From assembly GCA_003452395.1 (NCBI GenBank), contig DMOI01000045.1, forward strand, positions 3,727-67,726: a stretch of 64,000 nt of DNA, given 5' to 3'. Made by a program: the position numbers and the translations under genes. This document shows positions 37,132 to 47,067 of the stretch, one piece after another. How positions within the stretch are numbered: the stretch's first letter is position 1; the number at the start of each line of letters is the position of its first letter. Under the pieces are notes generated by a model. It had not been told where the DNA came from. It ran no database searches and saw only the letters and a program-made list of their open reading frames with translations. This DNA comes from Clostridiales bacterium (GTDB taxonomy: Bacteria > Bacillota > Clostridia > Lachnospirales > UBA12420).

Positions 37132-38980
37132 GCCGTCCTTCCTTTCTTTTGTCTTGTAATTTATAGTTTGTTCTTTGTACTTTGTTTTCTCCCTTTATAA
37201 GGCACTTTTCTCCATTTCCAATTAAATCTATTCTGCCAGCTTTTGTGAGTGCTTCATGTACCAAATTATAATTTGAGGGCCTCTTGTATTGCATGAGTGC
37301 TCGCTGCATAGCTTTTTCATGCATTGTTTTAGGAACATATATTTGCTTCATATTTTCAGGATCAATCTCCGTATAATACATACACGTAGACATTGTTCCT
37401 GGTGTTGGATAAAAATCCTGTACCTGTTCAGGCATATAGCCCATATTGTCTCTCACATATTCCGCGAGCTTTATAGCATCATTTAAAGTGCTACCTGGAT
37501 GACTTGATATAAAGTATGGCACTAAGAATTGTCCCTTGCCTAATTTTTTATTTATTTCATCATATTTTTTTACAAATTTTTCGTATACTTCATTTCTTGG
37601 TTTACCCATTTTATCTAAAACATTATTAGAAACGTGCTCTGGCGCCACCTTTAATTGTCCACTTATATGATGTTCGCAAAGTTCATTAAAAAACGTTTCG
37701 TCTTTATCATTAATCAAATAATCAAAACGTATTCCTGACCTTACAAAAACCTTTTTTATTCCTTTTAACTCTCTAAGTTCTCTAAGTAGTTTAATATAAT
37801 CCTCATGATCTATTTTCATATTTTTGCATGGCTCTGGAAATAAACACTGTTTATTTATGCAGACTCCAGATTTTTTTTGTTTATCACAAGCTAGGTTTCT
37901 AAAATTTGCAGTGGGACCCCCAACGTCATGAATATACCCCTTGAACTGGGGATCTTTAATTAATTCTTTAGCTTCTGTGACTATTGCATTTCTACTTCTT
38001 GATGTCACCATTCTACCTTGATGAAAATTAAGTGCGCAGAAATTGCAACCCCCAAAACATCCTCTACTACTCAGTAAACTAAACTTTACTTCTTTTATTG
38101 CTGATATTCCTCCTGCTTTTTCATATATAGGATGGTACGTTCGCATATAAGATAATGAGTAAACATCGTCTAGCTCCTTTGTGCCGAGTGGATCACTAGG
38201 TTTATTTTGAACTACAAAAAAATCTTGATACGGTTCAATTAAAACCTTGCCTGAAATAGAATCTGTATTTTTATGCTGAATATTAAAACTTTCAGCATAC
38301 TTTACTTTATCTTTTAATATTTCTTTAAACTCTGGTAAAATTGTATAGTCATATAGCCCGTCCAGACTCCTTGCTTTAAAAACAGTTCCTTTAATATAAT
38401 TAAGATCATGTATATCTATTCCTGCATTCAAGTTATCTGCAATCTCTACTATTTGATGTTCTCCCATGCCATATGTGAGCAAGTCAGCTTGTGAATCTAT
38501 AATAATGCTCTTACGCACTTTATCATCCCAATAATCATAATGCCCAAATCTACGCAAACTTGCTTCAAGTCCACCTATAATTATAGGTACATTGCCGTAT
38601 GCTTCTCTGACTTTATTACAATAAACTATTACCGCTCTATCCGGTCTATACCCTGCCTTGTCACCTGGTGAGTATACATCAATTTTTCTCTTCTTTTTTG
38701 CCGCAGTATAATTATTTACCATAGAATCAATATTTCCACTATTTATAAGGAATGCCAGTCTAGGTCTGCCTAGCTTTTTAAAATCTTCAATATTTTTCGG
38801 GTCAGGTTGTGGAATAATACCAACTTTATATCCATGTACTTCTAACACCCTAGATATTATAGCGGTACCAAAAGAAGGGTGATCTATATACGCATCACCT
38901 GTAACAAAAATAAAATCACATTCGTCCCAACCTCTATTATCCATGTCATACTTTGATATAGGCAAAAAATCATTGTTCAT
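37103..38980 (-). CDS. ygiQ: YgiQ family radical SAM protein (UPF0313)
   Basis: N-terminus [34 protein letters not shown], with a CxxxCxxC-type cluster CFGGCNFC. Confidence 0.9.
   Translation of the reverse strand: MNNDFLPISKYDMDNRGWDECDFIFVTGDAYIDHPSFGTAIISRVLEVHGYKVGIIPQPDPKNIEDFKKLGRPRLAFLINSGNIDSMVNNYTAAKKKRKIDVYSPGDKAGYRPDRAVIVYCNKVREAYGNVPIIIGGLEASLRRFGHYDYWDDKVRKSIIIDSQADLLTYGMGEHQIVEIADNLNAGIDIHDLNYIKGTVFKARSLDGLYDYTILPEFKEILKDKVKYAESFNIQHKNTDSISGKVLIEPYQDFFVVQNKPSDPLGTKELDDVYSLSYMRTYHPIYEKAGGISAIKEVKFSLLSSRGCFGGCNFCALNFHQGRMVTSRSRNAIVTEAKELIKDPQFKGYIHDVGGPTANFRNLACDKQKKSGVCINKQCLFPEPCKNMKIDHEDYIKLLRELRELKGIKKVFVRSGIRFDYLINDKDETFFNELCEHHISGQLKVAPEHVSNNVLDKMGKPRNEVYEKFVKKYDEINKKLGKGQFLVPYFISSHPGSTLNDAIKLAEYVRDNMGYMPEQVQDFYPTPGTMSTCMYYTEIDPENMKQIYVPKTMHEKAMQRALMQYKRPSNYNLVHEALTKAGRIDLIGNGEKCLIKGENKVQRTNYKLQDKRKEGRHGANNRNRK
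37141..37195. repeat. family C single arm inside the ygiQ 3' end
   Basis: TTTGTTC TTTGTAC TTTGTTT, encoding the [17 protein letters not shown] tail. Confidence 0.6.
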
Positions 38981-39056
38981 TATAAATTCCTCCGTCTATC
39001 ATACTCACCCCTATCCCTCTCTACCAGAGAGGGGATACAAATTTATAGTAAGTGAG

Positions 39057-39389
39057 TTATCTTACATTTTTTCTAATTTTAAGCAAATCAATCGACAACT
39101 TTTCTATCTTATCTTTTAAAATCCTATTTTCTTGCATCAATTGACTTGTTTTTGATTCATATTCCCTGTTTTTTAGTATAGCCTTAAAATAATCATCCGT
39201 AACATTTACACTTGCAATTATAGATATATTTTGAGTACTCATTCCTTTTGCAAAATCCATTTTACGAATATCACTATATTTTTTATCTATATAGCTCGCA
39301 ACTCTCTGCATATACTCCACACTTTCTACGCCCACTAGAGTATTTGATTTTCCATCTATTGTAACATCAATTTTGTTTTTCTCACCCAT
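39057..39389 (-). CDS. zapA: cell division protein ZapA
   Basis: About 110 aa with the pattern VTIDGK...LVGVESVEYMQRVASYID and a C-terminal coiled coil. Confidence 0.8.
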   Translation of the reverse strand: MGEKNKIDVTIDGKSNTLVGVESVEYMQRVASYIDKKYSDIRKMDFAKGMSTQNISIIASVNVTDDYFKAILKNREYESKTSQLMQENRILKDKIEKLSIDLLKIRKNVR

Positions 39390-39533
39390 ATTCATACCTC
39401 CGGGATGGTAGATTTTGAAATCTAATATATTTTATACTATTCTACTACACTTTTCCTTTTTTTTCAATAACTTTTATTTAATAACTCAACCTTTTAAACT
39501 ATAAAGAACCATTAAACAAAAAAAGATATGTAA

Positions 39534-40136
39534 CTATGCTACATATCTTGATTTTAATCCATTAAGCAATGCACTTACTGATTGTATGTATACTTCTACG
39601 TCTTCTTCCTTATTATTTGCAAAATAAGTAAGCAAACCCTCTATCATAGAATACAGTATAACTGACATTATTTTTTCTGAAACTTCTTCAATTTCTTGGT
39701 TTTTCTTTGCTTCTTCGAACAAGCTTTCAAATATTTCTTTTATTTTAATAGAATACATATCTAAAACCTTATATTGTTCTTTAGTATTATCATTATCTTG
39801 CATCCATTTTTCAACTAAAGTTAGTAGTATACTAGTATATTTATGTCTTTTTAGGAGTTCAGTAACAATCGCTGTTACCTTATCATAAAATGAAACGCTC
39901 TTGTCATTAACAATATCTTTTATTCTACCGTGCACCCTATTTATAACAAAATCTACTGCTGATTCAAAAAGATGCTCCTTATCTTTAAAATATTGATAGA
40001 CTGTAGTTCTAGAAACATTTGCCTCATCAGATATATCAGATATCCTTGTTTTTTCGTAACCCTTTACATTAAATATTTTAATCGCTGCTTGCATTATTTC
40101 CTTACGCTTTTGTTCGTGATCAACTATTTTTGGCAT
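39534..40136 (-). CDS. TetR/AcrR family transcriptional regulator
   Basis: HTH segment GYEKTRISDISDEANVSRTTVYQYFKDKEHLF. Start at the Met after GGAGGAAG. Confidence 0.9.
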   Translation of the reverse strand: MPKIVDHEQKRKEIMQAAIKIFNVKGYEKTRISDISDEANVSRTTVYQYFKDKEHLFESAVDFVINRVHGRIKDIVNDKSVSFYDKVTAIVTELLKRHKYTSILLTLVEKWMQDNDNTKEQYKVLDMYSIKIKEIFESLFEEAKKNQEIEEVSEKIMSVILYSMIEGLLTYFANNKEEDVEVYIQSVSALLNGLKSRYVA

Positions 40137-40329
40137 GCCACTTCCTCCTATTATATTTATCTTCATTACATATTTTTAATATATTTTTTTACATTATATT
40201 ACATTTTGCAAAAATTCTGTTTTTCATAGTACCATTTTTGTCTAATTTTGTCAACCCGTTTTTGTGAAATATTTTTTAAGCAAAGATTGCAAGTTTAATT
40301 TCCGGATATTATTAGGATTAAGGTTAATG

Positions 40330-40785
40330 TCATTCTGGTTGTACTTCTTGATATATATAAACGTCATCCTCCAGCATCTCTATTCTTTTTTTACCTAACA
40401 CATCTGCTTTTACATCTGAACTGTTTACTCCTATATATGTAGTTTCTCCTCCAAATCTTGAGATTGTTATTTGATCATCCAATATTGCACCATTTGAAGG
40501 AATAATATCTTCATCTATTTTTAGATTGTAAACTACTTTTTTACCATCCCGATTAATCATCACAGCCAAAGAATTATTTTGACCTAACATGTCTGGAGTA
40601 TTATCAATTTTATCTATTTCAGCATTTACTTTATGTCCTCTTATGTCTCTTCCCTTTTCTGTTCCAAAACGAACACCATTAAGGCTTTCATTTATCATTC
40701 CTGGAATACCCGATGCCCATAATGCCATTCCCAATACTGTAGATACACAAATTTTCCCTAATGTACCTAATTTCTTTTTATTCAT
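40330..40785 (-). CDS. hypothetical secreted protein
   Basis: Signal-peptide-like MNKKKLGTLGKICVSTVLGMALWA after an AGGGGGAG RBS. No recognised domain. Confidence 0.55.
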   Translation of the reverse strand: MNKKKLGTLGKICVSTVLGMALWASGIPGMINESLNGVRFGTEKGRDIRGHKVNAEIDKIDNTPDMLGQNNSLAVMINRDGKKVVYNLKIDEDIIPSNGAILDDQITISRFGGETTYIGVNSSDVKADVLGKKRIEMLEDDVYIYQEVQPE

Positions 40786-40925
40786 ACCATTTATCTCCCC
40801 CTTTATCTTTTTCGATTTTCTAATATTTTTTATTATACAGTATTTCCCAGTTTTTGTCAACCATATTTTGTAATTTTTTAGTATGTTGTGTATATTTATT
40901 AGTTATTGGGTAAAATAAAAGCGAG

Positions 40926-41117
40926 GTGATTACTGTGGATAATGATTTGTTTCCAATTAATATACGACTCAAATATGAAATTGCGAGTGAGCTCGGTCTT
41001 TCTGACAAACTCAAACAATATGGGTTTAAAGGATTATCAGCTAGTGAGACTGGTAAAATCGGAGCTATAATGAAGAAGAGGCTTAATGAATATAAAAAAG
41101 ATAATCTAGGGGATTGA
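40926..41117 (+). CDS. alpha/beta-type small acid-soluble spore protein (divergent)
   Basis: KYEIASELGL...G..SASETGKIGAIMKKRL matches the SASP alpha/beta core pattern. GTG start. A forespore-type promoter-like GTATA-N14-GGTAAAATA lies upstream (40890-40917). Confidence 0.65.
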   Translation: MITVDNDLFPINIRLKYEIASELGLSDKLKQYGFKGLSASETGKIGAIMKKRLNEYKKDNLGD

Positions 41118-41168
41118 AAATATTTGAAATTTACTGTATAATCATTAAAAAACTAAGGAGTTGTTTTA

Positions 41169-42059
41169 ATGAACGATTATATATTGCGTGCAGCAACAAA
41201 AGGCGAACAAGTTCGTGCTTTTATTTCATATAACAAAGATACTGTACAAAAAGCAAGGGAAATACATGATACTTCTCCAGTTGCATCAGCTGCACTTGGC
41301 AGAACTCTTATTGTTGCTTCACTCATGGGTGCTATGCTCAAGAATGATTCCGATTTGATAACTATACAAATAAAAGGAGATGGACCTATACGTGGGATCG
41401 TTGTTGTTGCTGATAATAAAAGCAACGTAAAAGGTTATATATACAATCCGAATGTCTCTCTTCCATTAAATAAACTCGGAAAACTTGATGTAGGAGGTGC
41501 TATTGGTACTGGCTCTCTCATAGTTATTAAAGACTTAGGACTCAAAAATCCATATATAGGTCAGACCGAGCTTGTTACTGGTGAAATAGCCGAGGATTTT
41601 ACATATTATTTCACTGTTTCTGAGCAACTGCCTTCTGCTGTGGCCTTGGGTGTTCTTGTAGATAAAGACACTAGTATCAAACACGCTGGCGGGTTTATTA
41701 TTCAGGTTATGCCGGAATGTGAAGAAATCACTTTATCTACACTTGAGCAAAATATTTCGAAAATTAACTCTATTACAAATCTTTTTGAACAAGGCAATCT
41801 TCCTGAGGATATTTTAAAAATTATATTTGAAGGCATTCCGTATACTATATATGAAACACAAAAAACAGATTTTAAATGCAATTGTTCCAAAGAACGTGTA
41901 GAAAAAGCTTTGATAAGTATAGGTATGAAAGATTTACAAGATATTTTAGGAAAAGATAAAAAAGCTGAATTAAACTGTCATTTTTGTAATAAAAATTATG
42001 TGTTTGATGAAGAACATATAAGGAGATTAATAGATAGTGTTGGTTGTGAATTGAAGTAG
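41169..42059 (+). CDS. hslO: redox-regulated chaperone Hsp33
   Basis: C-terminal zinc centre CNCS...CHFC and a typical N-terminal fold pattern. Confidence 0.9.
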   Translation: MNDYILRAATKGEQVRAFISYNKDTVQKAREIHDTSPVASAALGRTLIVASLMGAMLKNDSDLITIQIKGDGPIRGIVVVADNKSNVKGYIYNPNVSLPLNKLGKLDVGGAIGTGSLIVIKDLGLKNPYIGQTELVTGEIAEDFTYYFTVSEQLPSAVALGVLVDKDTSIKHAGGFIIQVMPECEEITLSTLEQNISKINSITNLFEQGNLPEDILKIIFEGIPYTIYETQKTDFKCNCSKERVEKALISIGMKDLQDILGKDKKAELNCHFCNKNYVFDEEHIRRLIDSVGCELK

Positions 42060-42070
42060 TGAATACTGTA

Positions 42071-42185
42071 CTGTCATTGCGAGAAACGTTTTTTGTGACG
42101 AAGCAATCTCATCTTTTAAGTATTAGAGAGATTAATAAAATAGGAAAAGATGAGATTGCTTCGTCATTCCTCCTCGCAATGACAG
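42071..42185. repeat. family A palindromic element (complete)
   Basis: Arms CTGTCATTGCGAGAAACG...GACGAAGCAATCTCATC and GATGAGATTGCTTCGTC...CTCGCAATGACAG. Confidence 0.85.
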
Positions 42186-42218
42186 TTCAAAAGAATGTGA
42201 ATAAAAGGAGGTGTAAAT

Positions 42219-42647
42219 ATGATTACTCGAAATTTTTCTTTAGCTATAAAAGCTGTTGTTGTTAAAGACAATAAATACTTGCTTCTACATAAATCAGTTA
42301 GTGAAATGGAGAAGACAAAAATAAATAGTCATAACCCATGGGATTTACCTGGAGGTTCTATCCAGTTTTTTGAAAAAAATGCTGATGGATTGCTACGAGA
42401 AGTAAAGGAAGAAACAGGGCTCAATGTAAAAATCATCAAACCCTTATACGTGTATGATGCAATCCGTCCTCATTTACATATGACTATAATTACATACCTT
42501 TGTAAATATACCTCAGGTATACTTAGCTTAAGCAATGAACATGATTCTTATAAATGGATTTCCCACGATGAGTTGGAAGGTCTAGAAATGCCTGAATGGT
42601 TGAAAAACTATTTTTATATGGCAATAGATGAATATGAAAATTTATAA
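42219..42647 (+). CDS. NUDIX hydrolase
   Basis: Nudix box GGSIQFFEKNADGLLREVKEETG. Confidence 0.8.
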   Translation: MITRNFSLAIKAVVVKDNKYLLLHKSVSEMEKTKINSHNPWDLPGGSIQFFEKNADGLLREVKEETGLNVKIIKPLYVYDAIRPHLHMTIITYLCKYTSGILSLSNEHDSYKWISHDELEGLEMPEWLKNYFYMAIDEYENL

Positions 42648-42664
42648 AATTTTACAATTTTCTA

Positions 42665-42694
42665 TTGACAATTAATATAAATTAAGCATATAAT
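42665..42694 (+). promoter_or_regulatory. sigma-A-type promoter of the thrS leader
   Basis: TTGACA (42665-42670), 18-nt spacer, TATAAT (42689-42694). Confidence 0.55.
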
Positions 42695-42853
42695 ATATAA
42701 AAATTGTAAAAGGTAATGATGAGACGAGTAAGTTAAACCCATTTTCTAAGAGAGAGAATATCGTGGCTGTAAGTATTCTCAAATATGGTTAACCCAAAAC
42801 TACCTCTAAACCGCAATCGAAAGACTAGTCGCTCTCCAGCGTTATGGAATAAA

Positions 42854-42935
42854 GAAAATTGAAAATTGAAAATTGAAAATTGAAAGTTAAATACTATATC
42901 TTATAACTTTCAACTCTCAACTTTCAACTTTCAAC
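42854..42935. repeat. family B heptamer-periodic hairpin inside the thrS T-box leader
   Basis: (GAAAATT)x4 GAAAGTT, a 17-nt loop, then ACTTTCA ACTCTCA ACTTTCA ACTTTCA AC. Confidence 0.8.
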
Positions 42936-42960
42936 TAAAATAAGGGTGGAACCACGAAAA

Positions 42961-43007
42961 TCTCGTCCCATATAATACTTATGTGTTATATGAGATGAGA
43001 TTTTTTT
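42961..43007 (+). terminator. T-box attenuator terminator
   Basis: Arms TCTCGTCCCATATAA / TTATATGAGATGAGA followed by TTTTTTT. Confidence 0.75.
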
Positions 43008-43040
43008 GTTGTTTCAATAAAAATACAAGGAGGAATTATT

Positions 43041-44951
43041 ATGATTAAAATTACTTTTAAAGACGGCTCCGTACGTGAGTTTGAAAGTGGTATATCTGTT
43101 TTAGACGTTGCTACTAATATATCTGAGGGGTTAGCAAGAAATTCTTTAGGTGCTTTAATTGACGGTGAGCTTTCTGATCTCCGTAAACAACTTACAAAAG
43201 ACTGCAAACTTACAATCTTAACTTTTGATGATGATGAAGGCAAGGATATTTTTTGGCATACATCAAGTCACATATTAGCACAAGCCCTAAAAAGACTTTA
43301 CCCAAGTGTAAAGCTTGCCATAGGTCCTGCCATAGCAAATGGATTCTACTATGATGTTGATGTAGAAGGTTCTTTTACTGAAACCGACATAGTAAAACTG
43401 GAAGCTGAAATGCAAAAAATAGTCAAAGAAGAACTAAATTTGGAGTACTTTGAACTTTCGCGTGATGACGCAATAAAACTTATGCAAGAAAAAGATGAAC
43501 CATACAAGGTTGAGTTAATACAGGATTTACCTATAGACGCTACTATTTCTTTCTACAGACAAGGTGAGTTTGTAGACTTATGTGCTGGCCCTCATGTGAT
43601 GAATACAAAAATTGTTAAAGCTATCAAAATACTTAACGTTGCGGGTGCATACTGGCGAGGTAGTGAGAAAAACAAAATGCTAACAAGAATATACGCTACT
43701 TCTTTCACAAAAAAATCACTTCTTGACGAATACCTTACTATGCTTGAAGAAGCTAAGAGACGCGATCATAAAAAAATAGGTAAGGAACTTGATTTATTTA
43801 CTTTCCACCCTGAAGCTCCCGGCGCTTGTTTTTGGCATCCAAAAGGACTTATAATGTGGCAACAACTTGAAAACTACTGGAGAGAAATGCATAAAAATTA
43901 TGGATATACAGAAGTACAAACTCCTGGACTAGCTAAAAAAATTCTTTGGGAAACATCAGGACACTGGGATCATTATCAAGATGATATGTATCACTTCGAT
44001 GCCGATGAAAATGAAACTTTATGCTTAAAACCAATGGATTGTCCTTTTGACATCCTTATATATAATACTAAACAGCACTCTTATAAAGATTTACCTGTAC
44101 GTTTCAACGAGCTTGGTAGAATATTTAGAAATGAAAAATCTGGTCAGTTAAATGGTTTATTTAGAGTAAGACAAATTACTCAAGATGATGCTCACATAAT
44201 GTGTACTGAGGAGCAGGTTTTACAAGAAATCTCTTCAATTATAAAAATGCAACAGGAATTTTATAAAACTTTCGACTTAAAAATTAATTACTTCTTATCT
44301 ACTCGTCCAGATGATTATCTTGGAGAAATAGAAACTTGGGATAAAGCCGAAGATGATTTAAAAAATGCACTTATATCAAATGGCATAAATAGCTATGGAA
44401 TAAAAGACAAAGATGGTGCTTTCTATGGTCCTAAGATTGATGTGCAGGCTAAAGACGCCCTAGGTAGGACTTGGCAGCTTGCTACTATCCAACTAGACTT
44501 CCAGCTTCCGAGTAGATTTGATATGATATATATTGACAAAAATGGTGAAAAGAGAACTCCTGTTATGATACACAGAGCTGTCTTTGGTTCTTTTGAAAGG
44601 TTTATAGGTATAATAACAGAACAATTCGAAGGAGCATTCCCAACTTGGCTTTCACCTGTTCAAGTTAAAGTTTTACCTATATCTGATAAATTTAACGAAT
44701 ATGCTAAATCTGTTGCCGATAAATTATTAGACAAAAACGTAAGGGCTGAAATCGATGTTCGTGCAGAAAAAATAGGCTTCAAAATACGTGAATCTCAACT
44801 TTCAAAGACACCTTATATGCTTGTAGTAGGTGAGGAAGAACAAACTAACAACACTGTTTCTGTTAGAAAACGTGGCGAGGGTGATGTGGGAGTTTTACCA
44901 ATTGATGAATTCGTAGGCAATATCTTGAGTGAAATAAAAGATAAGAAATGA
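43041..44951 (+). CDS. thrS: threonine--tRNA ligase
   Basis: TGS domain, editing domain, class II core and anticodon-binding domain. 636 aa. Confidence 0.95.
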   Translation: MIKITFKDGSVREFESGISVLDVATNISEGLARNSLGALIDGELSDLRKQLTKDCKLTILTFDDDEGKDIFWHTSSHILAQALKRLYPSVKLAIGPAIANGFYYDVDVEGSFTETDIVKLEAEMQKIVKEELNLEYFELSRDDAIKLMQEKDEPYKVELIQDLPIDATISFYRQGEFVDLCAGPHVMNTKIVKAIKILNVAGAYWRGSEKNKMLTRIYATSFTKKSLLDEYLTMLEEAKRRDHKKIGKELDLFTFHPEAPGACFWHPKGLIMWQQLENYWREMHKNYGYTEVQTPGLAKKILWETSGHWDHYQDDMYHFDADENETLCLKPMDCPFDILIYNTKQHSYKDLPVRFNELGRIFRNEKSGQLNGLFRVRQITQDDAHIMCTEEQVLQEISSIIKMQQEFYKTFDLKINYFLSTRPDDYLGEIETWDKAEDDLKNALISNGINSYGIKDKDGAFYGPKIDVQAKDALGRTWQLATIQLDFQLPSRFDMIYIDKNGEKRTPVMIHRAVFGSFERFIGIITEQFEGAFPTWLSPVQVKVLPISDKFNEYAKSVADKLLDKNVRAEIDVRAEKIGFKIRESQLSKTPYMLVVGEEEQTNNTVSVRKRGEGDVGVLPIDEFVGNILSEIKDKK

Positions 44952-45079
44952 GAGTATTAGAGGACGGTTCCTTCTTTCTAGGAACTGCCCCACAAAAAAA
45001 ACAAATGTAGAATGAAATATAAAAATATCCAAGAAATAAAAAATATATTACAAAACTTCCTTATTCATAGGTTAATATA

Positions 45080-45108
45080 TTGACAAATTTAAAACTATAT
45101 GGTAATAT
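45080..45108 (+). promoter_or_regulatory. sigma-A-type promoter
   Basis: TTGACA, 17-nt spacer, TGG-TAATAT (extended -10). Confidence 0.5.
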
Positions 45109-45149
45109 TATGTAAATAAGCTAAAATTAAACTCAGGAGGTTTTAAAAT

Positions 45150-45578
45150 ATGGCTACTGATATAGAACAAAATGTAATCGAAATGAAAGAAATATTTGGT
45201 GAACCAAAAGACTCATGTGATATGGCTGAAATGAAAAAAGCTAGAAATTTTTTTATTGGATTACTCATAAAAGATGGAAATTTAACTAACCAACAATTAG
45301 TTGAATCAGTTGCTTCTTATGCAAGACTGTTAGCGAAATCAGAAGATGAAAAAACACCAGAAGAAACTATAGATGAAACTATTATATGTGCAAGTGGTCT
45401 TGCATATTTAACAGGCACCTGCGTATTTTTAGGAGCAGAAAAAATAGAAATACGTCATAAAGATGCAGTTGCTGATCTTTTTCCTGTTATAGTTAAAGAA
45501 GTAACTGATCCGGTACAGACATCATCACAAGCAGACACATTAGATTCAGTTGTTCCTGTTTTCGAATTATTCGAATAA
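45150..45578 (+). CDS. hypothetical acidic protein
   Basis: 142-aa ORF with an AGGAGG RBS. No recognised domain. Confidence 0.55.
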   Translation: MATDIEQNVIEMKEIFGEPKDSCDMAEMKKARNFFIGLLIKDGNLTNQQLVESVASYARLLAKSEDEKTPEETIDETIICASGLAYLTGTCVFLGAEKIEIRHKDAVADLFPVIVKEVTDPVQTSSQADTLDSVVPVFELFE

Positions 45579-45613
45579 TTCGAATAATTTTTACATAATT
45601 TTGCCATCAGCTA

Positions 45614-45642
45614 TTGACACTTTAAGGTAATTATGGTAATAT
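45614..45642 (+). promoter_or_regulatory. sigma-A-type promoter of the infC-rpmI-rplT operon
   Basis: TTGACA (45614-45619), 17-nt spacer, TGG-TAATAT (45637-45642). Confidence 0.55.
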
Positions 45643-45649
45643 ATAAAAG

Positions 45650-45812
45650 CAATTTAATATTGACGAGTGCTATGCACTTATAAGTAGAAGTCCTTTTCTC
45701 ACCTTAAAACCTTTACTGTGTTAATAAGGTTATATATTTAAAACATTATTTCTATAAGAATTATTTTAATGTTTATATATAGAGTGGACTATGCTTGTCC
45801 GCTTTTTTGTTG
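45650..45812 (+). promoter_or_regulatory. probable L20-responsive leader with attenuator hairpin
   Basis: About 220-nt untranslated leader between the promoter and infC. Hairpin GTGGAC-N7-GTCCGC plus TTTTTT at 45783-45812. Position matches the Firmicute L20 leader. Not verified structurally. Confidence 0.4.
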
Positions 45813-45864
45813 CATATTCATAAATTGTTCAATGTGAACTGTATTTTTAAAAGGGGGTAATTTT

Positions 45865-46371
45865 ATAAAAGAATTACTAATAAACGAGCAAATAAAAGCC
45901 AAAGAAGTTAGACTTTTTGATCAAAATGGAGAATCAGTTGGGGTCATTCCTATAAAAGATGCTTTACAAAAAGCTGAGGAAGTTCAACTTGATTTAATAG
46001 CTATTTCTCCTACTGCTCAACCTATAGTTTGCAAGATTATGGACTATGGCAAATATCGTTTCGAGTTAATTAAAAAAGAAAAAGAAGCTAAGAAGAAACA
46101 AAAATTAATTGTTATTAAAGAAATTAAAATGTCACCTAGCATTGAGAAACATGATATTGATATCAAAATCAATAGAGCTATTAAATTTTTACAGGATGAT
46201 TGCAAACTAAGAATATGTGTTCAATTCAAAGGTCGTGAAATGGCTCATAGAGACATCGGATACAAAATTCTTAAAGCTTTCATGGAAAGTATCTCTGAGT
46301 ATGGAGTTAACGACAAAGCTCCTATGAATGAAGGAAATAGTTTAGTAATAAATGTAGAACCTAAAAAGTAA
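45865..46371 (+). CDS. infC: translation initiation factor IF-3 (non-AUG start)
   Basis: The frame is open from 45838. IKELLINEQIKAKEVRLFDQNGESVGVI is the canonical IF-3 N-terminus, upstream of the track Met. In-frame ATA at 45865 lies 6-7 nt after AAGGGGGT. Confidence 0.85.
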   Translation: MKELLINEQIKAKEVRLFDQNGESVGVIPIKDALQKAEEVQLDLIAISPTAQPIVCKIMDYGKYRFELIKKEKEAKKKQKLIVIKEIKMSPSIEKHDIDIKINRAIKFLQDDCKLRICVQFKGREMAHRDIGYKILKAFMESISEYGVNDKAPMNEGNSLVINVEPKK

Positions 46372-46433
46372 TTTATTTGATAAGTTCAGAATTATTCTGT
46401 TTTTATATATAACACAATAAAGGAGGAGTATTT

Positions 46434-46631
46434 ATGCCGAAATTAAAAACTTCTAGAAGTGCAGCAAAGAGATTTACAAAGACTGGTACTGGCGCTTTTA
46501 AAAGAAATAAAGCTAATAAAAATCATATTTTGACAAAAAAGAGTTCAAAAAGAAAAAGAGGATTAAGACAATCTGGTCTTGTAGATGCAACTCAACAACA
46601 CACAGTTAAGAAAATGTTACCATACGCTTAG
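46434..46631 (+). CDS. rpmI: 50S ribosomal protein L35
   Basis: [14 protein letters not shown], 65 aa. Confidence 0.95.
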   Translation: MPKLKTSRSAAKRFTKTGTGAFKRNKANKNHILTKKSSKRKRGLRQSGLVDATQQHTVKKMLPYA

Positions 46632-46635
46632 TAAG

Positions 46636-46670
46636 CTGAAATTTGAAAGTGGAGAGTTGAAAATTAAAAA
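46636..46670. repeat. family B single arm between rpmI and rplT
   Basis: CTGAAAT TTGAAAG TGGAGAG TTGAAAA TTAAAAA. Confidence 0.65.
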
Positions 46671-46698
46671 CAATTAAAATAAAAAGGAGTGAATATAA

Positions 46699-47058
46699 AT
46701 GCCAAGAATAAAAGCGGCAGTTAATGCTAAAAAAAGACATAAAAAGATATTAAAACAAGCAAAAGGTTATTGGGGAGCTAGATCTAAACAAGTAAGAGTT
46801 GCTAAAGAAGCAGTTATGAAGGCTCTAGATACAGCTTTTTCTGGAAGAAAACAAAAGAAACGTGAATACAGAGCTTTATGGATAGTAAGAATAAACGCAG
46901 CTACTAGAGAAGCTGGTATGTCTTATAGCAAATTTATGAACGGTTTAAAATTAGCAGGCATCGAGATAAATAGAAAAGTTTTAGCAGATATGGCAGTAAG
47001 AGATGAAGATGGTTTAAAACAATTAATAGAAACAGTGAAAAAACAACTTACTAAGTAA
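46699..47058 (+). CDS. rplT: 50S ribosomal protein L20
   Basis: [29 protein letters not shown], 119 aa. Confidence 0.95.
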   Translation: MPRIKAAVNAKKRHKKILKQAKGYWGARSKQVRVAKEAVMKALDTAFSGRKQKKREYRALWIVRINAATREAGMSYSKFMNGLKLAGIEINRKVLADMAVRDEDGLKQLIETVKKQLTK

Positions 47059-47067
47059 GCTGTTTTT

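Larger units (their letters stand above)
42705..43007 (+). promoter_or_regulatory. T-box leader (threonine specifier) controlling thrS
   Basis: AGTA and AGAGA stem I elements. Specifier region AAAACUACCUC carries Thr codons ACU/ACC (42799-42804). T-box sequence AAUAAGGGUGGAACCACG at 42938-42956. Followed by a terminator hairpin and U-run. Confidence 0.85.

Noticed and set aside
40820-41014. Track ORF 40820-41014 (-)
   Set aside because: It overlaps the SASP gene start and the promoter region of the divergent genes. It has no RBS or recognisable features.
42059-42265. Track ORF 42059-42265 (+), and 42986-43243 (-)
   Set aside because: The first is a read-through of a family A palindromic element (…SLRETFFVTKQSH…EIASSFLLAMT). 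The second lies antisense across the thrS start and T-box terminator.
42854-42888. AATTGAAAATT repeats as CodY boxes (AATTTTCWGAAAATT)
   Set aside because: Only half-site similarity exists, and the match is a consequence of the heptamer unit itself. No palindromic 15-mer is present.
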